Under the pieces are notes generated by a model. It did not search any database. It saw nothing but the letters and a program-made list of their open reading frames with translations, and had not been told where the DNA came from. The position numbers and the translations under genes are program-made. DNA of 64,000 nucleotides from Candidatus Hermodarchaeota archaeon (GTDB lineage: Archaea > Asgardarchaeota > Hermodarchaeia > Hermodarchaeales > Hermodarchaeaceae), in the NCBI GenBank assembly GCA_016839365.1, contig JAEOUH010000029.1, forward strand, positions 1 through 64,000. The letters are read 5' to 3'. Below, in pieces: positions 49,366 through 59,900 of this stretch (its first letter is position 1; each line of letters starts with the position of its first letter).

Positions 49366-52251
49366 TTACAAATTCCGTAGAACTTTGCCGACATTGGTTC
49401 GACCCGCACGGCGGGCGGGGATATACGTTCCAATACTAATTCCAATGAGCACAACCCCAAGAACTGCAAGTAATAATACCCAAGGAATTCCCAGTTGAAA
49501 AGGAATCACATATGGAAAGGGAAAGAGGCCTAGTAGGATAAACATTGAAAGCCAAGAGAAGAAGAACCCAAGAAGTAATGCCACTAAGAAAGATGTGATG
49601 ATGAGCCCTGCAAATTCGCCTACTATTATTGCACTTATTTGTCGCTGAGTACTCCCCACAGCACGCATAATAGCATATTCTGTTTGCCGTTCGCGCACAA
49701 TGATTCCGACAAAGAGAATGAGGGCAATAATGCTGATAATGACACAGGCTAAGAATCCTATAGACAAGAGGCTTATCACCCCTCGATTGAATAGATAGCC
49801 TTCTGGATAATCTTCTTCTAACGAGTAGGTCATGGGAGAGTATACTGCAGTTGGGAAACTAAGATCACTTACTTGTTGATGGACTTGAACAATATCCACG
49901 TTTGCATCAACTTCAGCTAAGATTAGCCGTGTATTAGTCATATTTCGATTGAGTAGGAAATCGCTATTAATTATTGCAAAAAGCTGCGATGATTGGAATT
50001 GAAATCCATTGGTAGGATCTGGAGGTCGAGAAGGATCATTGGGATCGAAATAGCCCAGTCCTGGTGCACTGCGACCTATCCCAGTAATTAGAAATGAAGT
50101 ATCGCCCAATACTCCACCTCCTTGCTGATGAACTGAAATGACTATCCTGCTTCCAATAGTTCTTCCAAGAACTCCTGCCAGAGTGTTGGGAACAATAATT
50201 CCGTCGGTGTGGTTTTGCAAACGTTGAAGAGCCGCAAACGGATCTTCTCCAACCATGCTTGAGAGGTCCCAGTTGCCGGTTCTAGCATAAGATTCAACAT
50301 CAATTCCGTAAAGCGTCAATGAAGTTGAACCAAGGAGCCCATATGTTGCTATAAATGCAGAAGCCGAAAGGATGCCAGGAATAGATAGGATTTCACTTGT
50401 ATGATTATGATGAATTGAATTACTTTCGACTCGCAAATCCCCTCCCATGAAATAGCTAACCTGTGTGAAGGCGTTATCTTGAACTGTTTGAGCTTCGACA
50501 ACAGCGAATACTGAAATTGAGAAGGTAAGGGTTAAAATTAAGAGAAGTGGAACGATTCGTTGACGACGGGTTCGCATACTCTTCTCAAAAATGAAAGACT
50601 TCTCCCCAAATAAAGGTCGGAACCCACGGGTTACTCCCGCTATGATTTGTCGAACGATACGAGACCCAATATCGCTAAAAAGCGCCCATACTACGACTGC
50701 ATAAATGAAAAGGATTGTCGCTATTAATGGAGTTACGGGGAGAAAGAGTAAAGCAATGATAAGAAACCCTAGCAACGCAAACACAGCAATGGCGTAAATG
50801 ATTGTAATGCCGAGGTCAGCTTCAACTTGAGGGGTTGAACCTACCATCGCTTCGTATATTTCAGCCTTGAGAAAGCTTCGAACAGAAATCAATGTGAAGC
50901 TCAACGGGGGAATAATGCATGTGAGAAATGCGACTAGCCAGGTTAGGGGCTCAAGTCTGACATTTACAAGGTAAGTGTAAAAGATTGATGGATTAAATTG
51001 TAAGAACCCTGTTGAAGCAGGGATTAGCGAGCCAACGAGAATGCTGAGAACTACCCCTAAACCAAGGGCTATTGTTCCAATAATGATGAATTCTAGTATG
51101 AAGGCTGCGTAGAGTTGGCGGAAACTGGCGCCTCGAGCACGTAGTATCGCCACCTCCGATTTGCGACCACTCAGAAAGATGTTGGTGGCAAAGATAGTCA
51201 AAAGAATAGAGAGTAAGATGGTTGGTAAGGTTAATACAGCCATTGTTCTTCGCGATTGGCTCGCTGCAATATACTGCTCCAGAAGAACAACTTGATCCTC
51301 ACCCCTCACTGTGATTCTCCCTGTGAACTGTAGTTCCAATTGAGCTTGTAATTCCCGGATCTCAGTGGGTACGTTATCCAATCCAGTCACTGCGATTTCT
51401 TGAGGATTTAGCTGGACAAGGAGTATTGGAAAGAGAGAATTGGCAGTAAGGGTATCCCTCTCAGTTGAATTCAGTTGGGTATAATGCATGATAATGCCAT
51501 CATTCCAACCAAAGACCTTTTCTTGAATAGATCCGAGATGATTTACACGATAAGTTCCAAGAGCTGATGAGAAGAGGAGAGAGTTGCTCCTAGTAATATT
51601 GTAAATACCCACAACTAGGAGATTGGTTGTATTGAAAGGTTGAATATCACTAAATGTTAGTGGTTCTTGGTAGATTGAAGCAATTGTAACATTGATGTAA
51701 GATCCAATCGTTATGGTTTGATTGAGAAATTCACTTGCGTCCTCAATGACTCGTGTACTAACTAGACATTCACCAGGAGCTAATTGGAAAACGCCATCGA
51801 AAGAAAATTGGGAAACTACACGGGTAAGAAAGGCATTTTCAACGAAAAAGGCTTGGAAGTCCTTAATTTCGCGTGTATAGGGATAGGGGAGGTACGTAGT
51901 TGATGAGTTCCAGTCAGTTCCATTTAGAAAACCTATAGACTGATAGAAGATGTCTGAGTCTCGATAAGCGGTTTGTTCTCTACACCAATTCTCAACCTCA
52001 TTGAGTAGCTGGGTATCGATAGGGAAGGTGTATATTTGTTGAATTCCATATTGGTAGGTATTTGAGTTAAAGTAATCAAGTGTTGCCACCTGTGAATCGG
52101 TATCAGTCCACACAAAAACAGATGCAACTAATGCAACCCCGATCATGATACCGATGAGTAAACTGAAGAAACGTGCTTTGTTCTTCCAAACACTATTACC
52201 CACATAGCCTGCTACATACAAGCGACTCCCTGATGAATTTGGAGAAACCAC
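49366..52251 (-). CDS. Large FtsX/MacB-like permease, copy A
   Basis: RKSEVAILRARGAS, ERQTEYAIMRAVG, PARRA motifs. Confidence 0.9.
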   Translation of the reverse strand: MVSPNSSGSRLYVAGYVGNSVWKNKARFFSLLIGIMIGVALVASVFVWTDTDSQVATLDYFNSNTYQYGIQQIYTFPIDTQLLNEVENWCREQTAYRDSDIFYQSIGFLNGTDWNSSTTYLPYPYTREIKDFQAFFVENAFLTRVVSQFSFDGVFQLAPGECLVSTRVIEDASEFLNQTITIGSYINVTIASIYQEPLTFSDIQPFNTTNLLVVGIYNITRSNSLLFSSALGTYRVNHLGSIQEKVFGWNDGIIMHYTQLNSTERDTLTANSLFPILLVQLNPQEIAVTGLDNVPTEIRELQAQLELQFTGRITVRGEDQVVLLEQYIAASQSRRTMAVLTLPTILLSILLTIFATNIFLSGRKSEVAILRARGASFRQLYAAFILEFIIIGTIALGLGVVLSILVGSLIPASTGFLQFNPSIFYTYLVNVRLEPLTWLVAFLTCIIPPLSFTLISVRSFLKAEIYEAMVGSTPQVEADLGITIIYAIAVFALLGFLIIALLFLPVTPLIATILFIYAVVVWALFSDIGSRIVRQIIAGVTRGFRPLFGEKSFIFEKSMRTRRQRIVPLLLILTLTFSISVFAVVEAQTVQDNAFTQVSYFMGGDLRVESNSIHHNHTSEILSIPGILSASAFIATYGLLGSTSLTLYGIDVESYARTGNWDLSSMVGEDPFAALQRLQNHTDGIIVPNTLAGVLGRTIGSRIVISVHQQGGGVLGDTSFLITGIGRSAPGLGYFDPNDPSRPPDPTNGFQFQSSQLFAIINSDFLLNRNMTNTRLILAEVDANVDIVQVHQQVSDLSFPTAVYSPMTYSLEEDYPEGYLFNRGVISLLSIGFLACVIISIIALILFVGIIVRERQTEYAIMRAVGSTQRQISAIIVGEFAGLIITSFLVALLLGFFFSWLSMFILLGLFPFPYVIPFQLGIPWVLLLAVLGVVLIGISIGTYIPARRAGRTNVGKVLRNL

Positions 52252-52277
52252 TGGATGATTAGATCCGGAGGTCAGGA

Positions 52278-53012
52278 TTACTCCTCCTGGGAATCGCTTT
52301 CACGTCCATACATGGATGTATCTGTGTGGAGTCTTCCATGACGGAGGAGAAGAATTCGGTCGGCGGAGCCCGCAACTTCGGGGTCGTGGGTTGCAACGAC
52401 CACGGCTTTTTGATGTTCATGAGCTAATTTTTGAAATAACCTAATAATCTCAATCCCTGTGGCTGTATCTAGGTTTCCAGTCGGTTCATCAGCAAGAAGG
52501 AGGACTGGATTGTTCGCAATAGCTCGCGCGAATGCGATTCGCTGCATTTGGCCCCCTGACATTTGCGTTGGATATTGTTCAGCAAACTCACGCATTCCCA
52601 CTAAGTCGAGTAAATCCAGAGCCCGTGATATTCGCTCATATTTAGAGACATTAGCAAATATCATTGGTACCTCAACATTTTCACGGGCATTCATAATATC
52701 AAGAAGATAGAAGCCTTGAAAGACGATACCAATCTTGTCCCGACGGAGTTTGGAAAGGGCCCTGTCCTCCAAACCATTAACAGGTAATCCATCGATGCTT
52801 ATATCACCCGTTGTTGGCGAGTCCAATAATGCCATGAGGTTTATGAGGGTTGTTTTACCACTTCCAGAGGCGCCCACAATAGCGACAAATTCGCCTGCTG
52901 TAACGGAGAAGTCAAGACCCTTTAGCACTTCAATTTTAATATCTCCGTCCTCATATGTCTTGAAGACCTTGTCACATTGAACTATGATGGTTTTTTTGAC
53001 CAATCTCGACAC
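52278..53012 (-). CDS. LolD/MacB-like ABC ATPase
   Basis: GASGSGKT, MSGGQMQR, ADEPTGNLD, THD motifs. Confidence 0.93.
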   Translation of the reverse strand: MSRLVKKTIIVQCDKVFKTYEDGDIKIEVLKGLDFSVTAGEFVAIVGASGSGKTTLINLMALLDSPTTGDISIDGLPVNGLEDRALSKLRRDKIGIVFQGFYLLDIMNARENVEVPMIFANVSKYERISRALDLLDLVGMREFAEQYPTQMSGGQMQRIAFARAIANNPVLLLADEPTGNLDTATGIEIIRLFQKLAHEHQKAVVVATHDPEVAGSADRILLLRHGRLHTDTSMYGRESDSQEE

Positions 53013-53157
53013 CGTTGTCCAGCAGCAGGAGATTATAACGTGTAAATGTGTTCAGCAATCCCAGTTCACGCTTTAAATTGCTGGCATGTACAACGTTCAT
53101 AATTAGAAGCTTCCGGTTGCTGCAGAATCCGTTAAATAGCCTCCAGCGTAATTCCAG

Positions 53158-54099
53158 TCAAAACTTTGATAATACTGATTTTCCAAAGCTTTTGATCTGA
53201 TTGATTTCCTGCCTATGAGGAAACATGAAGATAAGGTGCTCTACGCCAATCGCTTCGAATTCGCGTAACCGGGTTAGAATTTGATTTGCGGTGCCCCAAA
53301 GTGCTTTGGCAATCCGTTCTCGAAAGTCCTCAATAGAGATATTTCGTGTTTTAGCAGTCTCAACGACTGCTGCGTCTTTTTCTTCTTCAGTGTCAAATAT
53401 TCGTGTCCACAAGCCCAATGATTTCTGAATATCAGACATCTCTCGTCCATATTTCTTACATAGCTCTGCAAGCCGAGTAAAGCGGGTGGCAAGTTCATCC
53501 GGAGTGCTCATCCACGCAAAATTAATTCCGTCACCATATTTTGCCGTAGCACGAAGCATGAATTCTTTGCCATTTTGAGCCCCTACCCAAATTGGCATAG
53601 GTTTCTGAAGGGGCTTCGGGAAGGCAATGATATCTTCGACTTGATAGTGTTTACCGGTAAAGGTGAAACGTTCAGAGGTCCATATACCGCGGATGATCTG
53701 AATCGCTTCATTCATCTGGTCTATTCGAGTTTTAGCTGAAGGAAAAGGATATCCATAAGCCTTGTATTCGATTTCTTTCCATCCAGCGCCGATGCCAAAT
53801 TCTAAGCGTCCACCTGATAAGACATCTAAGGTGGCAGCCATCTTAGCGGTTAAAGCAGGATTTCGATAACTTTGACAAAAGACCATGCTGCCTACACGAA
53901 CATTCTTGTTCTGTTGAGTAAGTGCCGTCATCAGAAGCCATGGATCCAGGAGAATTCGATCTGTGGAATCCTTATCCAACATAAAATGATCTGAAAACCA
54001 TATAGTGGAAAACCCATTCTTCAACGCAACATCTGTAATAGCAGAAACATCATCGAAGGTATGCCCAAACTGAGGTTCGATCTGAATACCAAATTTCAA
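53158..54099 (-). CDS. LLM-class (probably F420-dependent) oxidoreductase
   Basis: WFSDH, YRNPAL.AKMAATLDVLSGGRL.FGIGAGW motifs. Confidence 0.9.
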   Translation of the reverse strand: MKFGIQIEPQFGHTFDDVSAITDVALKNGFSTIWFSDHFMLDKDSTDRILLDPWLLMTALTQQNKNVRVGSMVFCQSYRNPALTAKMAATLDVLSGGRLEFGIGAGWKEIEYKAYGYPFPSAKTRIDQMNEAIQIIRGIWTSERFTFTGKHYQVEDIIAFPKPLQKPMPIWVGAQNGKEFMLRATAKYGDGINFAWMSTPDELATRFTRLAELCKKYGREMSDIQKSLGLWTRIFDTEEEKDAAVVETAKTRNISIEDFRERIAKALWGTANQILTRLREFEAIGVEHLIFMFPHRQEINQIKSFGKSVLSKF

Positions 54100-54216
54100 T
54101 TCTTATCACCAGCCTGCATATATCAAGAGTAATTTCAAACACGGTTGGTGAGTTCGGCTTAAATACTATAAATTTGCTAGCCCTGACCAACTGCTTTCAT
54201 TTAAGGTGCTTACTGC

Positions 54217-55653
54217 ATGCTTGAAAAACTCCAAGCTGCTGTCTCGTTGGGTGAAAAATTAGGGGCAGATTTTGTCGAAGCCCGTTTTGATGATTTGACC
54301 TTGCGCACGTTACGTCGAATTAAGACGAAGAAAGACGATACCTGGAAAGACATCATGTTAAAGTCTCGAACAGGAACTGGAATTATTTGCTACTTCGATG
54401 GCACCCCTGGTTATTCCTTTACCGCAAGCGAGGATCTAAAGGACATTGAAGAAACGGTTACTCGCGCTTATGGAATGGCAAAAGCCGCCTCTACAGCAGC
54501 CACCCTAAAACTCGACTTTGATAGAAGACCTACTGTAAAAAGTCGGTCCAGTGATTCACTTTCTGTGAAAATACATCCAAAGACCAAAGGGCAAGATTAC
54601 AAGATGGACTTGATCAACCGAATGGTAGACACGGCCTTTGATGTTGGAAAGGAAATTGAAAACATTACAGGCGCTTATGGTGAACTGACTGGTCAAAAGC
54701 TCTTCACCAATAGCGAAGCATCAATAATCAAATGGGAATTTCTTCTGGTTGACATGATGTGCCGGGTCACTTCCAAAGCGTCCTCAGGTGCTCTCGTCTT
54801 TGGATCTGAACGGAATGCAGGAAGCCTTGGGCTTGAAGCATATAATCGAAAAGGAAGCACGCCAGAAGAAGTCGGGAAAAAAGCTGCAATGTTTGCAGCA
54901 GAACAAATTCAAGCGAAACCCTGCCCAGCAGGGAAGTTTGCAACCCTCATTGATAATGAACTGGCAGGAGTTCTAGCTCATGAGAGCTTTGGCCACCTCA
55001 GTGAAGCTGATTTCGTTACCATGGGGGCCTCACCCTTAGCAGGGAAAATCGGTAATATGCTTGGAACTAAACATGCGACAATTGTAGATGGAGGGAACCC
55101 CGATATCAAAAAGGAGGGAGGTATGTGGTTACCCTTCGATGATCAGGGCATTCGAGCAAATATGACAACGATTCTTGACCGGGGAATATTCAAACATTAT
55201 CTCCATAACCGTGGCACCGCACAACAATTAGAGCAGGAACCAACAGGTAATTGCCGAGCAGTGCACTTCGGTTTCATGCCCATTCCGCGTATGACAAATA
55301 CCTACTTCAAGCCAGGGGATCTTACTGAAGAAGAGGCCCTTGAACAATTAGGAACGGGTATTTACGCGATTCAAACCTCAGGTGGACAGGTGGAAAGAGA
55401 TGGGAGTTTTCTGTTTAAGGCTGACAGAGGATATTGGGTTGAACATGGCGAAATCCAACACCCAATCCTTGAAGTCTCATTATCTGGCAACATCTTGGAA
55501 CTCTTACAACATATTGAAGGTGCTACACGTGACATCGGTTTATGGGGCTCGTACTTTGGCGGATGTGGGAAATTCGGGCAATATCCACTCCCCGCAGGAA
55601 TTGGAGGACCTAAACTTCTCATTCAAAATGTAACCTTTGGAGGAAAAGCATAG
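54217..55653 (+). CDS. tldD: TldD family metalloprotease
   Basis: HESFGH zinc motif, DDQG, TGN.R, PRMTNT, GCGK. Confidence 0.9.
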   Translation: MLEKLQAAVSLGEKLGADFVEARFDDLTLRTLRRIKTKKDDTWKDIMLKSRTGTGIICYFDGTPGYSFTASEDLKDIEETVTRAYGMAKAASTAATLKLDFDRRPTVKSRSSDSLSVKIHPKTKGQDYKMDLINRMVDTAFDVGKEIENITGAYGELTGQKLFTNSEASIIKWEFLLVDMMCRVTSKASSGALVFGSERNAGSLGLEAYNRKGSTPEEVGKKAAMFAAEQIQAKPCPAGKFATLIDNELAGVLAHESFGHLSEADFVTMGASPLAGKIGNMLGTKHATIVDGGNPDIKKEGGMWLPFDDQGIRANMTTILDRGIFKHYLHNRGTAQQLEQEPTGNCRAVHFGFMPIPRMTNTYFKPGDLTEEEALEQLGTGIYAIQTSGGQVERDGSFLFKADRGYWVEHGEIQHPILEVSLSGNILELLQHIEGATRDIGLWGSYFGGCGKFGQYPLPAGIGGPKLLIQNVTFGGKA

Positions 55654-55669
55654 GAGGAGGTTCCAAGGT

Positions 55670-57061
55670 ATGGAATTCGATGAAATCAAGGATGCCTTAT
55701 TATCTGAAGTTGATACAGGCTTAAAATTTGCGAATTCTTTGGACAAAGCGGCTGAATTTGAAATCTACCTTTACTATCGAAGTAAATCGAATGTTGAAAT
55801 TAAGCAAGGCGTTGTCGAAGCGACGGACGGCATAGTCGCAGGCACCGCTGTGCGTGCCACCCGAGATCAGAAACTAAGTTTTGCATCCTCAAGTGGCATC
55901 TCATCTAATCACGTCAAAAGGGCCTTGCAGGATGCCATTTCGAGCTTGAAAGCAACCTCTGAAAAAGATACTCGGTTTAAGGGATTTTGCGAACCCAAAC
56001 CTCCAGGAAAAGAAGGTAAATTCGCCCCTGAGATCTTAGAGCTTACAACTGACGACTTGGTAGGATATTCACTCCAATTGATAGGTAATATGACTAAGGC
56101 CAATGGAAGACTTCTAGCCGCTGTTGGATGTGAGAAGACCTGGGGTGGCTTCGCTATTGGGAATTCACTGGGCCTTCAACAGGCTTCTACATCGGCACAT
56201 AATGCCTGCAGTGCCTATGCAATGGCTATTGATGGGGAAGAACGAAGGACCGGTTCAGAAGAACTAGTTACCCGCGATAAAGCCTTAGACGTCTCTGGCA
56301 TAGGCGAAAAAGCGGCAGAAAAGGCCCTTAGCCTACTTGGTGCCAAGAAATTGGGGCAAACGACAACCCTTCCCACATTATGGGTGCCATGGGCTGCAGC
56401 GAGTTATATCCTTTCAAGTCTTCAGCAGGCTACCAAAGGGTCTACTGTTGTGGAGGGCTTATCACCTCTCCGGGAAAAACAAGGTGAAAAAATTGCTCAT
56501 CCTAATTTTTCACTAGTTGATGATGGTCAAAACCCATTAGGAATTGAGACTGAAGCCATTGATGCTGAAGGCCATCCCCAAGGTCGAACTGTGATTGTTA
56601 AGAATGGAATGCTGAAAAGCTTCATTTTTGATTCATATTATGGACGGATTGCTGGAAAAGCTTCGACTGGTAATTGTGCACGTTCCGGAGGACCGTTTGG
56701 TTCACGTTTGCCATATGAAGATGCACCTTCGATTTTTAGTAAGAACTTAGAAGTGGCAGCAGGAAAGCAGTCGGAGGAGGAGCTAATCGCATCCATTGAT
56801 GGTCAGGGATTGTTGATTACTGACATCCCCATCGGAATTTTTCATAGCTCGGTTGAAACGGGTGAATTTTCAGCTGTTGCTAGTTCAGTATTTCTCATCG
56901 AGGATGGCGAGAAAAAACGACCATTGGAACCTGTGTCAATTGCAGGAAACTTCTACAAGGGGCTAGAACAACTTCTCGGTGTCGGTAATAACATTGAAAT
57001 CACTTCACTCTTTGTAACAACTCCCAGCTTACTCATCGATGGGATTTCGGTAACGGGGTAG
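55670..57061 (+). CDS. pmbA: PmbA/TldE family protein
   Basis: DAEG, STGN, TGEFS, IAGN motifs; no HExxxH; follows tldD. Confidence 0.88.
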   Translation: MEFDEIKDALLSEVDTGLKFANSLDKAAEFEIYLYYRSKSNVEIKQGVVEATDGIVAGTAVRATRDQKLSFASSSGISSNHVKRALQDAISSLKATSEKDTRFKGFCEPKPPGKEGKFAPEILELTTDDLVGYSLQLIGNMTKANGRLLAAVGCEKTWGGFAIGNSLGLQQASTSAHNACSAYAMAIDGEERRTGSEELVTRDKALDVSGIGEKAAEKALSLLGAKKLGQTTTLPTLWVPWAAASYILSSLQQATKGSTVVEGLSPLREKQGEKIAHPNFSLVDDGQNPLGIETEAIDAEGHPQGRTVIVKNGMLKSFIFDSYYGRIAGKASTGNCARSGGPFGSRLPYEDAPSIFSKNLEVAAGKQSEEELIASIDGQGLLITDIPIGIFHSSVETGEFSAVASSVFLIEDGEKKRPLEPVSIAGNFYKGLEQLLGVGNNIEITSLFVTTPSLLIDGISVTG

Positions 57062-57163
57062 ACAGCCCTTTCAGACTTATGCTATTATTTTTGCCAACCC
57101 CTGTGAACCGATAGTTTTATCGAAGTTAACACCACCGATTCCTTTTGAGGAGCCTGCATACCC

Positions 57164-58195
57164 ATGTCAGATAAGTTATCTTCCATTGTATCTGAGGTCA
57201 AGGACTACTGGGGTCTCCGTCGCAAACAACCCATTGGGCAATTGGTAACCATACTGCGAAATGAGGGATTCAAATGTCCACATGTGCTCTCATCCATTGG
57301 AGAAGACTCGGCGGCAATCGACCTTGGTGGCGATAATCTCATTTTACTTTCCACAGATGCGGTCATTCCCGAATTAGCACAATCCAAACCTTATGTGGCA
57401 GGATACGCTGCAATCCTTGTAAACGTAAACGACATCTATGCAGCAGGAGGACGACCAATCGTAGCGATGGTGAATATTGCTTTCACTGAAATGAATGCCG
57501 GGGTGAAGATCATGGAGGGCATTTGTGAAGCAGGGCAGAAATTTAAAGTTGAAGTTGTACGTGGACACACGACACCTGATGCGCCCATTAATAGCGTCAG
57601 CGCATCAATTTGTGGAACTGTTCCCCGAGACTCCTATATCAGCGCCGGAGGAGCGCAGCCTGGGGACGACTTAATTCTCGCAGTGGATTTGAAAGGACGT
57701 ATCTCTCCTAATTACGAGTACGGGTGGGATACCAGCACACTAAAACCATCAAAGGAAATTCTGAAACGTTATGAAGCAATGCGTGTTCTTGCTCAAAAAC
57801 AGCTACTCACAGCATCAAAGGATCTAAGCAATGGTGGCATAATCGGAACAACACTATTGATGATAGAATATGCCCAAAAGGGAGCAACCATCGATTTATC
57901 AGCTATTCCCACTCCGAAGGAGATTGACCTCGCAAATTGGTTGAAGATGTACATTTCGACTGGATTTGTAGTCTCTACCATTCCAGAGAATGCTGAAACA
58001 GTATTATCCATCTTTGAAGGTCATGAGCTTTCAGCTCGCAAGATTGGAACTGTGAATAACACAAAAAAACTCAGGATTCAACTCGAAGAGGACATGATTA
58101 CTGTATTTGATTTTGCTCAAGAATCAATTGTAGCCCCTCCACCCCCACCTCAACTTAACCGTATTATAACTCGCAAGTTGAAGAAGGTAAAGTGA
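57164..58195 (+). CDS. PurM/AIR synthase-related protein (methanogenesis marker 2/sll0787-like)
   Basis: GEDSAA, STD, VNVNDIYAAGG.P, GHT, KDLSNGG motifs. Confidence 0.85.
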   Translation: MSDKLSSIVSEVKDYWGLRRKQPIGQLVTILRNEGFKCPHVLSSIGEDSAAIDLGGDNLILLSTDAVIPELAQSKPYVAGYAAILVNVNDIYAAGGRPIVAMVNIAFTEMNAGVKIMEGICEAGQKFKVEVVRGHTTPDAPINSVSASICGTVPRDSYISAGGAQPGDDLILAVDLKGRISPNYEYGWDTSTLKPSKEILKRYEAMRVLAQKQLLTASKDLSNGGIIGTTLLMIEYAQKGATIDLSAIPTPKEIDLANWLKMYISTGFVVSTIPENAETVLSIFEGHELSARKIGTVNNTKKLRIQLEEDMITVFDFAQESIVAPPPPPQLNRIITRKLKKVK

Positions 58196-58263
58196 CAGGA
58201 GACCCTAACCATAAATAGAAGAAAGTTCATGCAAATGTATACGGACAACACAGGGTGAGTATA

Positions 58264-58866
58264 ATGGCAACCGAGAAGCCACCTGAAAAGGATTACGAAA
58301 CTGAAGTATCAAAAGCAGTAAAGAGCATTCAAAAAATAGTCAAAGACGTTATTAAAGAACTCGAAAATCAGCGCGAACTCAATACAACTGCAGAATCGCG
58401 TATTGCAGAATTAACTCGCGAACTCGCTAACAAAACAGCAACCAACGAGCGATTAGAAAGAACCATTGGTGAGTTGAAGGAATCAGCGGATCAGACAACA
58501 GATCTGATGGTGAAAAACAAAGCACTAGAATCTGAGCTCAACGCAATCAAGACTCAATTAGAAAAAATGTCCGACACCTACAAGGAATTAGTTACAGAAC
58601 AGGAAGCCACAATTCCCGTTCAAGAATTGCTAGCCCTATACATCGCATTGCTAGAGGATGTCTTTTATGCCCAACCACACGCAAAGACTCTGTTCCTTTT
58701 GCACGGTCGGAAGAAGGAAATGACCCGCGATGAAATCACTAAGACTGCAGGACATGAAGCGACGGCAATTAGAAAAGCGCTGGGAGACCTTGCCCGGGCG
58801 AATTTAATCGATTACAATGTAGAAACCGGTAACGCGAAATTAAAGAAGCGCCTTTATCCGACTTAG
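58264..58866 (+). CDS. Coiled-coil protein with C-terminal winged helix-turn-helix
   Basis: About 100-aa heptad-rich segment, then MTRDEITKTAG...IRKALGDLARANLIDY. Confidence 0.75.
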   Translation: MATEKPPEKDYETEVSKAVKSIQKIVKDVIKELENQRELNTTAESRIAELTRELANKTATNERLERTIGELKESADQTTDLMVKNKALESELNAIKTQLEKMSDTYKELVTEQEATIPVQELLALYIALLEDVFYAQPHAKTLFLLHGRKKEMTRDEITKTAGHEATAIRKALGDLARANLIDYNVETGNAKLKKRLYPT

Positions 58867-59873
58867 ATCTTCATATCTGTCAACAACTGGTTGAAACGCG
58901 GTAAATTGTGGAGATTCGTAGTTAATGCGCAAAGATAGCGACTGAGTTCCGTGTGGATGATGCGTTCCGAATCAGACAAGGTTTTACTATCCGTTGCCTG
59001 ATCAACGAGTTCTCGGGCACTGCGATGGACTACACCCACAACGCGTTTTTCGACGTCAGCGGGTCCCCAATCAAATGCACGGAGACCCCGCTTTGCCTCA
59101 CTAATACTCGCTTTTACTGAATTATTTTGCAACGCATTAGCAAGTTGATCATAGAATTCGCTCGCTGTTCCCGCGATTTGATTTTGTTCTCGACTGGTTA
59201 AGTCGTTTCCAAGCGTTCCTCTTCGCGACAGTTCTTGTAAGAGACCAGCACAGGGGGCTTCAGCAAGAAATCGTCGAATAAGGTTGTAAAACACTTGCCC
59301 GGCAATATGTGTGACTTCGCTTATCACTTCTCGGGGTTCACTATAACGGAACAGTTCTCGACAGGACTCAAACCAGTAATTGGGTAGCAAAAGATGGCTT
59401 CGACTCGAGTATTTATCCAGTAGTTGCTGAAGGAGAGGAAGCTGTTTTTCCGGATCGAAAATGGAAAGGCGCCGCTGAAAAGGTTTTCCAGTAAGACCAG
59501 CGAGATCCGCACTCGCTTCAGTGATAAGCTGCTGAGTGGTTAAAAGAGGTTCCTTCAAATCCTCTTTTAGGATCGCCTGTTCTCGAGATTTCGAATACGA
59601 ATCCAGTGCAGTTTCTATACGCTTGAGATGGGTGAGAATCACTTTAATCGTATCATCTACAAATGAGGAGCCAGATGTTGCTGAGTTATTTCCCGAGTTG
59701 CCCAGAGTTCGCTTCACGGATTCTCGCACCGCTCGAACTCCACTTGCGAGCTGGTCAATTTGTTTCGACTCTAAACCGCCTTCAGCTTCAATGGTGATGA
59801 GGGCATGAATCAGGGTGGAGTTGACCGTGGTGAGTATGAGGATACGTTCCAGCAATTCTTCGGCCGTAATCAA
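58863..59873 (-). CDS. Hypothetical all-alpha protein, last gene of the tubulin-like operon
   Basis: 336-aa ORF starting 27 nt after the tubulin-like gene; GGGGAG RBS. Confidence 0.75.
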   Translation of the reverse strand: MITAEELLERILILTTVNSTLIHALITIEAEGGLESKQIDQLASGVRAVRESVKRTLGNSGNNSATSGSSFVDDTIKVILTHLKRIETALDSYSKSREQAILKEDLKEPLLTTQQLITEASADLAGLTGKPFQRRLSIFDPEKQLPLLQQLLDKYSSRSHLLLPNYWFESCRELFRYSEPREVISEVTHIAGQVFYNLIRRFLAEAPCAGLLQELSRRGTLGNDLTSREQNQIAGTASEFYDQLANALQNNSVKASISEAKRGLRAFDWGPADVEKRVVGVVHRSARELVDQATDSKTLSDSERIIHTELSRYLCALTTNLHNLPRFNQLLTDMKI

Positions 59874-59900
59874 AGGTCTTCTCCCCCGTTATGGCCTCGC

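Noticed and set aside
40998-57061. RiPP cluster (SPASM rSAM + ABC exporters + TldD/E)
   Set aside because: The genes are in separate transcription units on different strands with no precursor peptide, and TldD/E are common housekeeping genes in archaea
57164-58195. Selenophosphate synthetase SelD, or evidence of methanogenesis
   Set aside because: It lacks the N-terminal Cys/Sec-x-x-Lys motif, and the family is not restricted to methanogens
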